Made by a program: the position numbers and the translations under genes. The notes beneath the pieces are model-generated. The model worked only from the letters and a program-made list of their open reading frames with translations. It searched no databases and was not told the origin of the DNA. From the NCBI GenBank assembly GCA_964496955.1, contig CAZCAY010000002.1, positions 1 to 47,817 of the forward strand: a stretch of 47,817 nt of DNA, written 5' to 3'. Within the stretch, counting starts at the first letter, position 1. Each line of letters starts with the position of its first letter. This DNA is from an uncultured Gammaproteobacteria bacterium. Lineage in GTDB: Bacteria > Patescibacteriota > Microgenomatia > Curtissbacterales > CAZCAY01. Positions 37,176 through 46,333 of this stretch are shown in pieces.

Positions 37176-38045
37176 ATGGTCGATATTAGACAAAGTCAAC
37201 AATGGGCCAATTACCTAACCTTACTAGGATGGCATATTGAAACAATTAATTCAGTTTATATTGCTATCAAACCATTAGGTTTTTGGGGTAGTGTGATTAA
37301 AATCAACCGGGCACCTATCCTGCCTGAAATCACCGCTTTAGAAAAGCTAGCTCAAAAATATAAAGCTTGGCAAATCACTTTAGAACCTGACTTGTGCTTT
37401 CCACTCCAAGATCTTAACAAACTGACCAGTTTGGGTTTTGTAATGGATCGGTGGCCCTTATCTCCTTCTAAAACCATCTTCATTAATCTTAAACAAACCC
37501 CAGAGGAGCTTTTGGCCCAAATGAAACCCAAAACCCGCTACAACCTAAAACTAGCCCAACGAAACAAGCTAACGGTGAAAGTCACCCGTAATTTAACAGC
37601 TTTTAAAAAACTTTGGCTTGCTAACATGCGCCGCAAGGGCTATTTTTGGTTATCCACTACCAACCTTGAAGCTTGCCATGACGCCTTTGGCCCTCAAAGC
37701 CAAATTGTTCTCGTCAGTCACCTAAACGAGCCTGTGGCCGGCGTAATGGTAATCTTAAGTACTTCTTCTGCCCATTATATGTTTGCCGCTTCTAGCCAAA
37801 AGGGCAATAAGCTTTTTGCCCCCACCCTAGCTGCCTGGCAAGCTATTCAATTAGCCCAAGATTTCGGATCTTCAATCTTTGACTTTGAAGGCGTTTACGA
37901 TAAACGCTTTCATCGCGCCACTTATCGCTGGCAAGGCTTTACTCGTTTTAAAGCAGGTTTTGGAGGTCAAGAAGTTATCTACCCCCCTGTTTATACCAAA
38001 TTCAGACTCCCCTTCTTAAAGCTTATAAACAAGCTACCAATCTAA
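37176..38045 (+). CDS. FemAB-family peptidoglycan interpeptide-bridge aminoacyltransferase (paralog 2, shorter)
   Basis: 289 aa with blocks MKPKTRYNLKLAQRNKLTV, YMFAASS, FDFEGV and FTRFKAGFGGQ. Confidence 0.82.
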   Translation: MVDIRQSQQWANYLTLLGWHIETINSVYIAIKPLGFWGSVIKINRAPILPEITALEKLAQKYKAWQITLEPDLCFPLQDLNKLTSLGFVMDRWPLSPSKTIFINLKQTPEELLAQMKPKTRYNLKLAQRNKLTVKVTRNLTAFKKLWLANMRRKGYFWLSTTNLEACHDAFGPQSQIVLVSHLNEPVAGVMVILSTSSAHYMFAASSQKGNKLFAPTLAAWQAIQLAQDFGSSIFDFEGVYDKRFHRATYRWQGFTRFKAGFGGQEVIYPPVYTKFRLPFLKLINKLPI

Positions 38046-38164
38046 ACCAATTTCACCTAAATTGATAGGGGGCCAACAATTTGTTTACAAATAAATATTC
38101 CCGCTAAAATAAAATAAATGCCAATTATTGAGTACATTTAATCTACTCATTATTTTTAGAATTT

Positions 38165-41056
38165 TTAGACTAAGGCCGCCGGGCAAATCCGGTTAAACGA
38201 ACAGTACTGACAGGTAAAAGCACCTTCTTTGGGATTAGCCTTAAAATTGCCCACCCTCACGCCAATGGCTACCACATCAATTGCATGCCTTGCTTCCTCA
38301 AGGTGTTTTTCTTCGACCTGCACAGTGCTAATCAGACCATTGTCTAAAAAATAAATACCCATCTCATCAGGGAGTTGGCCTGTGATTTTGTAGTAAGCTA
38401 GGGCATAAATTTTTAATTGAATTGACTGCTTAACCCGTTCCAAAGCTTGACTTTCACCAACGTCCTCAGTTGATTTAAAATCCAAAATACGCACCTTCTC
38501 GCCTTTCTCCAAATAGTCAAAACGCCCCTTAACAATGACATTGTTATGGGTAAACTTAAAGGATTTCTCCACTTCTACATTTGGCAACGGAGTTGCAGCC
38601 TCCCGTTGATAAAACTGGGCAATAACCTGCTTGGCTTTGGCCAAACTGGCTCGCTCGTGCTCGGCTGTTAAAAAACCCTCCGATACCCATGCCCCTTCTA
38701 AAATTGCCTCCAGTTGTTCAAGGGTGATGAGCTGACCTCTTAATTTGTAACGATAAAATTCCTCTACTGCCTTATGGAGAGCTGTACCGTAAACCAAATT
38801 ATAATTGCGAGGTACTGGCAACCTAGCTACATGAGAATACCAATACTGCAAAGCACAGGAAAGGTAACTTTCTATCTCAATTCTTGAAAGGCTAATAACC
38901 TTTTCTTCTGTTATAATCTTTTTCTTTGACAAATCAAAAACGAGTTGACCGCTAGGAGGAGCTGTAAATTTGGCCAATTTTTCCAAATGGCTAGCCTTAA
39001 CTGGCATGCCTGCTACTTGGGCAACACCTAATGTTTCCAAAACAAAAGGCGAAACTTTTTTGGGTCTTTTACCACCGTAATCTCGCGCATAAGTCAAATA
39101 CAAATAGTCCATAGCCCGAGTTAAACCCACGTAAAATAAGCGCCTTTCTTCCTGCAAATGGAAATCACCAACTGGCAAAGTTTCTTTAATTAAAGCGGTA
39201 GGTAACATAATCGGATCACCTCGTTCACGGACTGGAAAGCGATCAGCTACCAAATTAACCAAGAAAACCGCTCTAAACTCCAAACCTTTAGCAGAATGGA
39301 TGGTAATAATATTAACCGCATCTAAATCAGGATCAATTTGGGCAGTGGCCGGATTTTCCCCAGAAGCCCGCATAACTTCTAGAAAACTGGCAAAATTCTG
39401 AACTGAATCTAGTTGAGCAATCTGACTAAACTCACTAATCCTCTCAAAAAATTTGGCGATATTGGCAATCTTCTCCTGGGCCTGGACTGAATTTTCCTTC
39501 ACCAAATTTTTCAAATAACCACTTTTTTGCAAATAATAATATAAAACCTGACCAGCATTTAACTTGCGCGATAATTTCATCCCTTCTCTCAAATCCCCAA
39601 TTAACTGCTCAATCTTTAATTGGGTGGAGTGACTTAAATTTAATTGTTTTAAATAATCGCTCATTACCCCAAAAAGGCTTTTATTCGTCCTCTTGGCAAA
39701 ATCATTCACTTTTAACATCTCTTCAACAGGCACCTGGTAGATCTCAGAGGTGGCCAAATAATATAAACTCAAATCATCAGACAGTGTTGATAAGTTTTTT
39801 ATAAAAGCTATTAACATGCGGATCTCAGGCCGATCATAGAGGCCAAAAGAGCCAATAAATTGGTAAGGAATAGACCGCATATTTAAAGCTTGAATAAAGG
39901 GAATGGCAGCTTCATTGGCGCGCACTAAAATGGCAATATCGGCAAATTTTAAGCCTTTTTCAGTGGTTAAAGTCATAATCTCCTTGGCTACCAGATCAGT
40001 CTCCTCAGATAAGGTATTGGCGAAAAACAACTTGGGCGGTTGGCCCTTTTCCTTTCTTACACTTACCAGCTTCTTAACAATCTCATTTCTCACCTCCAAA
40101 CGATCGGGATTATTATGCTGAATGAGCCTATAAGCGGCGGCCAAAATTGGCTGAGTGCTGCGATAGTTTTTAGTCAAAACTACCTGTTTAGACTGGGGAT
40201 AAGTCTTTTTAAATTCTAAGATATTGGAGATAGCTGCTCCTCGGAACTTATAAATAGATTGGTCATCATCACCTACGACACAAATATTCTGATGGCCAGC
40301 AGCCAGCATTTTAACCAGTTCATTTTGAGCGAAATTGGTGTCCTGATACTCATCAACCAAAATATAACGATAACGGTTTTGGTAAAAGGCCAAAACCTGA
40401 GGCTTAAGACGAAAAAGCTTTAAGGTCATCACTATCTGATCGCCAAAGTCTAATAAGCTAGCTTCAGTTTTTAGTCGCTCATACTGAGCGTAAAAATTAG
40501 CCAATTCCAACTGGCGCTTTTTTTCCTCATCATCACCCTGAATTTGCTCAGCATAATGCAAATATTCTTCAGGTGTCACATCTGCATCTTTAGCCCTAGA
40601 AATTAAGGTAAGCATTGCCTCAATAAATTTGTAAGGATTAGACAATGGTCGGTAATAATCTAAATCAAACTCAAAAAGATGTTGTTTCACAAAGAGAATT
40701 TGCTCTGGTCGAGTCATCACCCTAAAATCAGGAGTAATACCCAATTCCAAAGCGTGATCTCTCAAAACTTCATCACCAAAAGCATGAAAAGTTGCAATCT
40801 TTGTATCAACGTATCCATACGGAACTAAAACATCCACTCTCTCTTCCATCTCAGCAGCTGCTTTATCAGTGAAAGTTAAGGCTAAAATCTCAGAGGGGGC
40901 AGCTAATTTTTGGCTGATAATATAGGCTATTCTTCTGGCAATAACGGTGGTTTTACCCGTACCTGCCCCAGCTACTATCAAAAGCGGGCCTTCAGTAGTA
41001 GTCACAGCTTCGCGTTGTTCTTCATTTAAACCATCCAAAATGCCTGCAGTTTGCAT
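38165..41056 (-). CDS. UvrD/PcrA-type SF1 helicase fused to a C-terminal Cas4/AddB-type PD-(D/E)XK nuclease with a 4-Cys cluster
   Basis: Helicase motifs are present: AGAGTGKTT (Walker A), DEYQDTN, TKNYRST, IHSAKGLEF and YVGLTRA. The C-terminal domain has one Cys in YLSCALQYWY, the nuclease motifs GRFDYL...ILDFKS and QLKIYALAY, and a terminal CQYCSFNRIC (C-x2-C-x5-C). Confidence 0.85.
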   Translation of the reverse strand: MQTAGILDGLNEEQREAVTTTEGPLLIVAGAGTGKTTVIARRIAYIISQKLAAPSEILALTFTDKAAAEMEERVDVLVPYGYVDTKIATFHAFGDEVLRDHALELGITPDFRVMTRPEQILFVKQHLFEFDLDYYRPLSNPYKFIEAMLTLISRAKDADVTPEEYLHYAEQIQGDDEEKKRQLELANFYAQYERLKTEASLLDFGDQIVMTLKLFRLKPQVLAFYQNRYRYILVDEYQDTNFAQNELVKMLAAGHQNICVVGDDDQSIYKFRGAAISNILEFKKTYPQSKQVVLTKNYRSTQPILAAAYRLIQHNNPDRLEVRNEIVKKLVSVRKEKGQPPKLFFANTLSEETDLVAKEIMTLTTEKGLKFADIAILVRANEAAIPFIQALNMRSIPYQFIGSFGLYDRPEIRMLIAFIKNLSTLSDDLSLYYLATSEIYQVPVEEMLKVNDFAKRTNKSLFGVMSDYLKQLNLSHSTQLKIEQLIGDLREGMKLSRKLNAGQVLYYYLQKSGYLKNLVKENSVQAQEKIANIAKFFERISEFSQIAQLDSVQNFASFLEVMRASGENPATAQIDPDLDAVNIITIHSAKGLEFRAVFLVNLVADRFPVRERGDPIMLPTALIKETLPVGDFHLQEERRLFYVGLTRAMDYLYLTYARDYGGKRPKKVSPFVLETLGVAQVAGMPVKASHLEKLAKFTAPPSGQLVFDLSKKKIITEEKVISLSRIEIESYLSCALQYWYSHVARLPVPRNYNLVYGTALHKAVEEFYRYKLRGQLITLEQLEAILEGAWVSEGFLTAEHERASLAKAKQVIAQFYQREAATPLPNVEVEKSFKFTHNNVIVKGRFDYLEKGEKVRILDFKSTEDVGESQALERVKQSIQLKIYALAYYKITGQLPDEMGIYFLDNGLISTVQVEEKHLEEARHAIDVVAIGVRVGNFKANPKEGAFTCQYCSFNRICPAALV

Positions 41057-41075
41057 CTATTTGATTGACCAACTC

Positions 41076-42089
41076 TTACTCACTTTTTTGACCTGTCACC
41101 TGGGTGGGTAAAAGGTCTTGGCCATTCTGAGAAGGAGTTTCAAGACTTCTAATGGTGGCAATTTTGGTAGTTAATTTCATAAAACGCGAATTGACTTCCT
41201 CAGAAGACACAGCAGCATTGCGCACATGTTTGGCCAATACCGCCAAACTCTGTCCAAAACTCTCAGTTTCATTACTGATTTCTCGTAAAGCCGCCAAAAC
41301 CTGACTAGCTTGTCTTTCAATTTTTAACCCTTCCAAGCTCATAATAATAGCCCGCAAATATGCATAAAGAGTATTTGGCGAAACCGGTCTTACCCGTTTC
41401 TTAAAAGCATACTCATCAAGTGCAGGACAATTAGTCACAATCTCATAATAAACAGGTTCTGAGGGAATATACATTAAGGCAAAATCTAAGGTACCCTCTT
41501 GAGGTCTAATGTACTTGCGTGCAATGGTGTCAATATGCCTTTTAACATCAGTTACAAATAATCTGCGCCACTCCTGACGTTCTTTCTCGCTTTGGCCCTG
41601 AACCATCTTCCTAAAATTCTCCATTGGGAATTTGGCATCAATAGGGATAATGCCTTGTTCAAGTTTAAGCGCCGCATCAACAATATCTCCTGATTTAAAC
41701 GCATACTGTAAATGAAAGTGCTCTTTTGGCAAACTTTGAGCCAGTAAGTCCTTTAAAACCGCTTCCCCTATTTGACCCCGCAATTTTGGTGATCTTAAAA
41801 ACTCTTGTAAATCGCGCATGCTCCGTCCCAATTCTGTCATTTCCCCAACCGATTTAGAAACTGAAGCAATAATTTGAGCTGCGCGGTCTAATCGCTCATT
41901 AATAGCCTGTGTCTGCTTAACCATAGAATCAGTCGTTTTATCCATCGATCCCCGCATCTCAGAAATCAACTGGGTCAAAAGAGTAGTCGTTGTCCTATCA
42001 CCGTGGTTAGCATCGGCCAGCTTTTTAACCTGCCAGGCCAGAAAAACAAGACCAACAATGATTAAAATCAATCCTCCGGTAATAATCAT
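41076..42089 (-). CDS. rmuC: DNA recombination protein RmuC
   Basis: N-terminal TM helix, a coiled coil, and the RmuC nuclease-like core (IPIDAKFP, ALMYIPSEPVYYE, VSPNTLYAYLRAI). It lies 19 nt downstream of the helicase-nuclease gene. Confidence 0.85.
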   Translation of the reverse strand: MIITGGLILIIVGLVFLAWQVKKLADANHGDRTTTTLLTQLISEMRGSMDKTTDSMVKQTQAINERLDRAAQIIASVSKSVGEMTELGRSMRDLQEFLRSPKLRGQIGEAVLKDLLAQSLPKEHFHLQYAFKSGDIVDAALKLEQGIIPIDAKFPMENFRKMVQGQSEKERQEWRRLFVTDVKRHIDTIARKYIRPQEGTLDFALMYIPSEPVYYEIVTNCPALDEYAFKKRVRPVSPNTLYAYLRAIIMSLEGLKIERQASQVLAALREISNETESFGQSLAVLAKHVRNAAVSSEEVNSRFMKLTTKIATIRSLETPSQNGQDLLPTQVTGQKSE

Positions 42090-42094
42090 CCAGT

Positions 42095-42123
42095 TTGTTA
42101 AGTGATTGCCAACAGGATATAAT
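42095..42123 (+). promoter_or_regulatory. Sigma70-like promoter (TTGTTA-17-TATAAT) for the 42150 membrane-protein / metG / tatD / GT unit
   Basis: The plus strand has TTGTTA at 42095-42100, a 17-nt spacer, and a perfect TATAAT at 42118-42123. Confidence 0.5.
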
Positions 42124-42149
42124 TCTAGCAGAAATTAGCCAATTAAGAA

Positions 42150-42554
42150 ATGCCAAAACCAGTTGTTGCTAGTATAGGAATTTTGGTCATTAGCTTTACT
42201 GGCTTAATATGGCTGATCAACTCAACTCCTCCTGGTCCTTTATGGGCTCATTTTACCTTTGGGTTGTTAAGCTTTATCATCATCAGCTTAAGTAGCGCTC
42301 TCCTCTTATACTTTGCCCGCCTTCAACTCCTTTATTGGCTTAACCAATCAGCCAAGGTTTTCCCCAATCTCAGCCTATCTGATAAGAAAAAGCTCTATCG
42401 CCAAAACCTTAAAATCGCCACACCAGTGGCAACCTTCGCCAGTCTTTGGCTTTTTCTCAAGCTTACCCAGCTCTTAACCTTAATCAATTTAATCTTAACC
42501 ACTTTCCTCACTTTAGCCTTAACTTTTTATCTTTATTTAAGAAGTAGAGATTAA
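42150..42554 (+). CDS. Small polytopic membrane protein, function unknown
   Basis: 134 aa with about 4 hydrophobic helices. No recognisable motif. Confidence 0.5.
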   Translation: MPKPVVASIGILVISFTGLIWLINSTPPGPLWAHFTFGLLSFIIISLSSALLLYFARLQLLYWLNQSAKVFPNLSLSDKKKLYRQNLKIATPVATFASLWLFLKLTQLLTLINLILTTFLTLALTFYLYLRSRD

Positions 42555-42582
42555 ATTGGCATTTTTGCTAAAATCCTATTTT

Positions 42583-44019
42583 ATGGAAAAGCTCTATCTC
42601 ACAACCTCAATTCCCTACGTTAATGCTGCGCCCCACATTGGCCATGCCTTAGAATTCGTCCAAGCCGATACTCTGGCTCGCTTTTATAGGCTGCGGGGTT
42701 TTAGGGTTGCGCTTCTCTCAGGAAGCGATGAAAATGCCATCAAAAACGTCCAGGCTGCTGAAAGAGCTGGGGAAACAATCCAGGCGTTCATAGACCGTCA
42801 TGCCAAACTTTTCCAAGACCTTGCTAACAAACTCAATGTGCAATTTGATTTCTTCCAAAAGGGTAGCGATAAGGTCCGTCATTATCCAGCCAGTCAAAAA
42901 CTATGGCGCTTATGCGCCAAAGCAGGCGATATCTACAAAAAAGCATATAAGGGCCCTTACTGCGTGGGTTGTGAAGCCTTTTATAATCCTGAAGATTTAG
43001 ATTCCAATCTCCAATGTCCTGAACACCCAGGGCTTAAGCTAGAAGAGGTTGCTGAAGAAAACTATTTTTTTAGACTTTCAAAGTATGGCCCTTTCCTCCA
43101 TGATTTGATTAGTCAAAATCAGTTAGCCATCATACCAGAGCATTACAAAAACGAGGCTTTGGCTCTAATTAAAAGGGGGTTGGAAGACATTAGCATTTCC
43201 CGATCAAACCAACGGGCCAAAAACTGGGGAGTGCCTGTTCCTGGCGATCCTGATCAGCGGATGTATGTCTGGTTTGACGCTTTAAATATTTATCAAAGCG
43301 GTGTTGGCTTTGGTTGGAATGAAAAGCTTTATCAAGAGTGGTGGCCTGCTGACATTCACATCATCGGTAAAGGCATTAACCGCTTCCACAGTATCTATTG
43401 GCCTGCCTTTCTCAAATCAGCCAATTTAGCTCTGCCCAAAAAAATTTTTGTCCATGGCTATTTGACCGTAGGGGGCCAAAAGATATCCAAAACCTTAGGA
43501 AACATCATCGACCCTCAAACCATTATTCAAAAATATAGCCCTGATGCTCTTAGGTACTACCTCCTCAAAGAAGTGCCAGCCTATGGTGATGGCGATTTTT
43601 CCGAAAAGCGGTTAGTGGAAATCTACAATGGCGAACTGGCCAACGGGTTGGGCAATCTATTTTCCCGCCTCACCACTTTGGCCAACAATACCAGCTTTTC
43701 ACCACCCAAGTCAACACTTCAATTCCAGCCCCAAGTGGTGAAGGCTTTAGAAGCTTTTGAGTTTAATTTAGCCATTAAATCCATTTGGTCTCAAATAACC
43801 AAGGTTGATCAATACCTCAATGAAGAAAAACCTTGGGCTGCTCAAGGCCAGAAAAGGCAAAGGGTTGTCCTGAAAGCCTTAGAACAACTAGCCAATATTG
43901 CTTATAATCTTCAACCATTCTTGCCTCAAGCAGCCACAATAGTTTTGGAAAAAATCACTGGCCGCATCCAAAAACAACCACCTCTTTTCCCCCGCCTAGA
44001 AGCATCAAACAACCAGTAA
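42583..44019 (+). CDS. metG: Methionine--tRNA ligase (short form without the C-terminal tRNA-binding appendix)
   Basis: HIGH motif (YVNAAPHIGHA), KMSKS variant (KISKTLGN), and a Cys knuckle (CVGCEAF...CPEH). ATG at 42583 is the preferred start; TTG at 42556 is the alternative. Confidence 0.92.
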   Translation: MEKLYLTTSIPYVNAAPHIGHALEFVQADTLARFYRLRGFRVALLSGSDENAIKNVQAAERAGETIQAFIDRHAKLFQDLANKLNVQFDFFQKGSDKVRHYPASQKLWRLCAKAGDIYKKAYKGPYCVGCEAFYNPEDLDSNLQCPEHPGLKLEEVAEENYFFRLSKYGPFLHDLISQNQLAIIPEHYKNEALALIKRGLEDISISRSNQRAKNWGVPVPGDPDQRMYVWFDALNIYQSGVGFGWNEKLYQEWWPADIHIIGKGINRFHSIYWPAFLKSANLALPKKIFVHGYLTVGGQKISKTLGNIIDPQTIIQKYSPDALRYYLLKEVPAYGDGDFSEKRLVEIYNGELANGLGNLFSRLTTLANNTSFSPPKSTLQFQPQVVKALEAFEFNLAIKSIWSQITKVDQYLNEEKPWAAQGQKRQRVVLKALEQLANIAYNLQPFLPQAATIVLEKITGRIQKQPPLFPRLEASNNQ

Positions 44020-44052
44020 ATCCCTGGATCGCAATGGTATAATGTGGCTATC

Positions 44053-44826
44053 ATGGAATTAGTAGATACCCACGCTCACTTATCATTCTTTAACTCCAAC
44101 AGTGAGCGGACAGAAGTTATGAAAAGAGCCAAACAGGCTGGTGTAACCACCCTCATTGAGGTAGGTGTTAACCTGGAATCATCTGCCCAAGCTGTTGAAT
44201 TGGCCAAAAACCACAACCACATTTTTGCCACCTGCGGTATTCACCCTACAGATGGTCAAAATGATACTCAATCGAATGTTTGGGAAGAAAAATTAATTGC
44301 CTTAGTCCAACAGCCTAAAGTCGTAGCTGTTGGTGAATGCGGTCTAGATTACTACCATCGCCCCCATAATAAGACAGAACAACAAATCCTTTTTGTTAAG
44401 CAACTGGAAATAGCCGTCAAGTTTGACTTACCAGTCATTATTCACTGTCGCCAAGCTTGGGACGACCTGTTTACAATTCTCTCTTCTTTTCCTCAAATCC
44501 GCGGCATTTTCCACTGTTGGAGTGGGGGCCCAAAGGAAGCTCAAAAAGCTCTCAACTTTAACTTTTTATTCGGATTTGGAGCCCTGCTTACCTACAAGAA
44601 CACTCAAGATATTGCCATGGTGGCCAAAACTTTACCTATTTGGCGTCTGGTATTAGAAACTGATTCCCCATTTTTACCACCAAGCCAGCTTAAAGGAGAG
44701 CGTAATGAACCAGCTAATCTCACCTATGCTGCCCGAAAGCTAGCAGCTATTAGAAACCTGAAAATTGAGGATTTGGCCACAGCCACCACTTACAACGCCC
44801 GAAAATTTCTAATGTTAAGTGATTAA
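44053..44826 (+). CDS. TatD-family metal-dependent hydrolase/DNase
   Basis: Motifs VDTHAHL, GECGLDY, IIHCR, FHCWSG and ETDSPFL are present. ATG at 44053 is the preferred start; GTG at 44044 is the alternative. Confidence 0.9.
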   Translation: MELVDTHAHLSFFNSNSERTEVMKRAKQAGVTTLIEVGVNLESSAQAVELAKNHNHIFATCGIHPTDGQNDTQSNVWEEKLIALVQQPKVVAVGECGLDYYHRPHNKTEQQILFVKQLEIAVKFDLPVIIHCRQAWDDLFTILSSFPQIRGIFHCWSGGPKEAQKALNFNFLFGFGALLTYKNTQDIAMVAKTLPIWRLVLETDSPFLPPSQLKGERNEPANLTYAARKLAAIRNLKIEDLATATTYNARKFLMLSD

Positions 44827-44838
44827 AATTGAAAAATC

Positions 44839-46329
44839 ATGGTTGATAAGATCATTACCAAATATGACCGTCAAGTAACCAGATTTTTAGAAATCCTACC
44901 TGGAGCCTTTTCTTGGGGTGTAATTCTTTTTCTCTTTTTAGGTTCTCTTTGGCTACCCCATTATGTGGCTTACTTAATCATTCTTTTTGACATTTACTGG
45001 TTTTACAAATCAGCCAATGTCGGGATAACTTCCATTATTTCTCATTTAAAAATTAGGGCTTCAATGGCTTATAACTGGCTGGCTGATGTCCAAGCCCTGC
45101 CTGACTGGCAGAAAATCCACCACATTATTATCATCCCCAATTATCAGGAACCATTCCATGTTTTGGAAAGAACCATCCAATCATTAGCAGCCCAAGACCT
45201 GCCTGCTAAAAAACACCTCACATTAGTTTTGGCAATGGAGAAGCGAGAAATTGATGCTGAGAAAAAAGCTCAAGCTTTAATGGCCAAATTCCAAAAAGAT
45301 TTTGCCCACATCTTCTATACCCTTCACCCAGACTTGCCTAATGAAGTTAAGGGCAAATCTTCCAACCAGGCATGGGCTGCTAAATGGGTTAAACGAAAAA
45401 TGGTTGACGAACTGGGCTATGATATGAACTATTTAACCGTCACCTCATGTGATGCTGATTCTATTTTCCATCCCAAATATTTTGCTGCTTTAACTTACAG
45501 CTTTTTAACTGAGAAAGAACGCTTCCGCCGCTTCTGGCATGCAGCTCTTTGGTACTACACCAACATTTGGCAAGTACCAGCTCCTATTAGGGTCCTGGCC
45601 ACATTTCATTCCGTCTGGCGCACTTCCATTCTCATTAGACGCGACCTCTTAATCCACACCTCAGTTTACTCCCTCTCCTTAAAGATGCTCGATGAGGTCG
45701 GCTACTGGGATACTGATGTGATTCCTGAAGATTATCGCATCTTTTTTAAGTGCTTCTTCAATCTGGAAGGAAAAATAGACGTTGAACCAATCTTTCTGCC
45801 TATCTTCGTCCAATCTCCCCAATCCTCAACTTACTGGAGAACTCTCCGAGCCCAATATGAGCAAATGAAAAGGTGGGCTTGGGGAGTATCGGATGATCCT
45901 TTAATTATTAAGTGGTGGTTTACTAAAAAGAATGTTCCTTTTGGCTTAAAAACAATGCACCTTATTAATCTACTTTTAGACCACTTTCTCTGGCCAGTGA
46001 ATTGGTTTATTCTCACTTTAGGTGCCAACATCCCAGTCTTGCTTAACCCTGTTTTTGCCCAAACAGTCATGGGTCAAAATCTACCCAAGATGTCCTTTGC
46101 CATTATTACTGCCACCACTATTTTCTTAATTGCAATCCTTTGGGTTGATTTTAGACAAAGACCACCGACCACCAGTAAAGTCAACTTTATCAGAAAAATC
46201 ATCATGCCGGCTGAATTCTTACTAATGCCTCTTGTGGGGTTTTTCTTCTCAGCACTGCCAGGACTAGATGCCCACACCCGGTTAATGTTAGGCAAATACA
46301 TTGAATATAAAGTTACCGAAAAAGGCTAG
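44839..46329 (+). CDS. Membrane-integrated family-2 glycosyltransferase (processive-synthase-like: D, DxD, ED, QxxRW)
   Basis: N-terminal TM helices are followed by IIIPNYQEP, TSCDADS, IPEDYRIFF and QYEQMKRWAWG (QxxRW), then C-terminal TM helices. Confidence 0.75.
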   Translation: MVDKIITKYDRQVTRFLEILPGAFSWGVILFLFLGSLWLPHYVAYLIILFDIYWFYKSANVGITSIISHLKIRASMAYNWLADVQALPDWQKIHHIIIIPNYQEPFHVLERTIQSLAAQDLPAKKHLTLVLAMEKREIDAEKKAQALMAKFQKDFAHIFYTLHPDLPNEVKGKSSNQAWAAKWVKRKMVDELGYDMNYLTVTSCDADSIFHPKYFAALTYSFLTEKERFRRFWHAALWYYTNIWQVPAPIRVLATFHSVWRTSILIRRDLLIHTSVYSLSLKMLDEVGYWDTDVIPEDYRIFFKCFFNLEGKIDVEPIFLPIFVQSPQSSTYWRTLRAQYEQMKRWAWGVSDDPLIIKWWFTKKNVPFGLKTMHLINLLLDHFLWPVNWFILTLGANIPVLLNPVFAQTVMGQNLPKMSFAIITATTIFLIAILWVDFRQRPPTTSKVNFIRKIIMPAEFLLMPLVGFFFSALPGLDAHTRLMLGKYIEYKVTEKG

Positions 46330-46333
46330 TCCA

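Noticed and set aside
38046-38164. Convergent spacer between fem2 and the helicase gene, considered as a bidirectional terminator (GAGTA-N9-TACTC followed by ATTATTTTT; ATTTGT/ACAAAT).
   Set aside because: The stems are only 5-6 bp and AT-rich, with marginal loops. The evidence is too weak to annotate.
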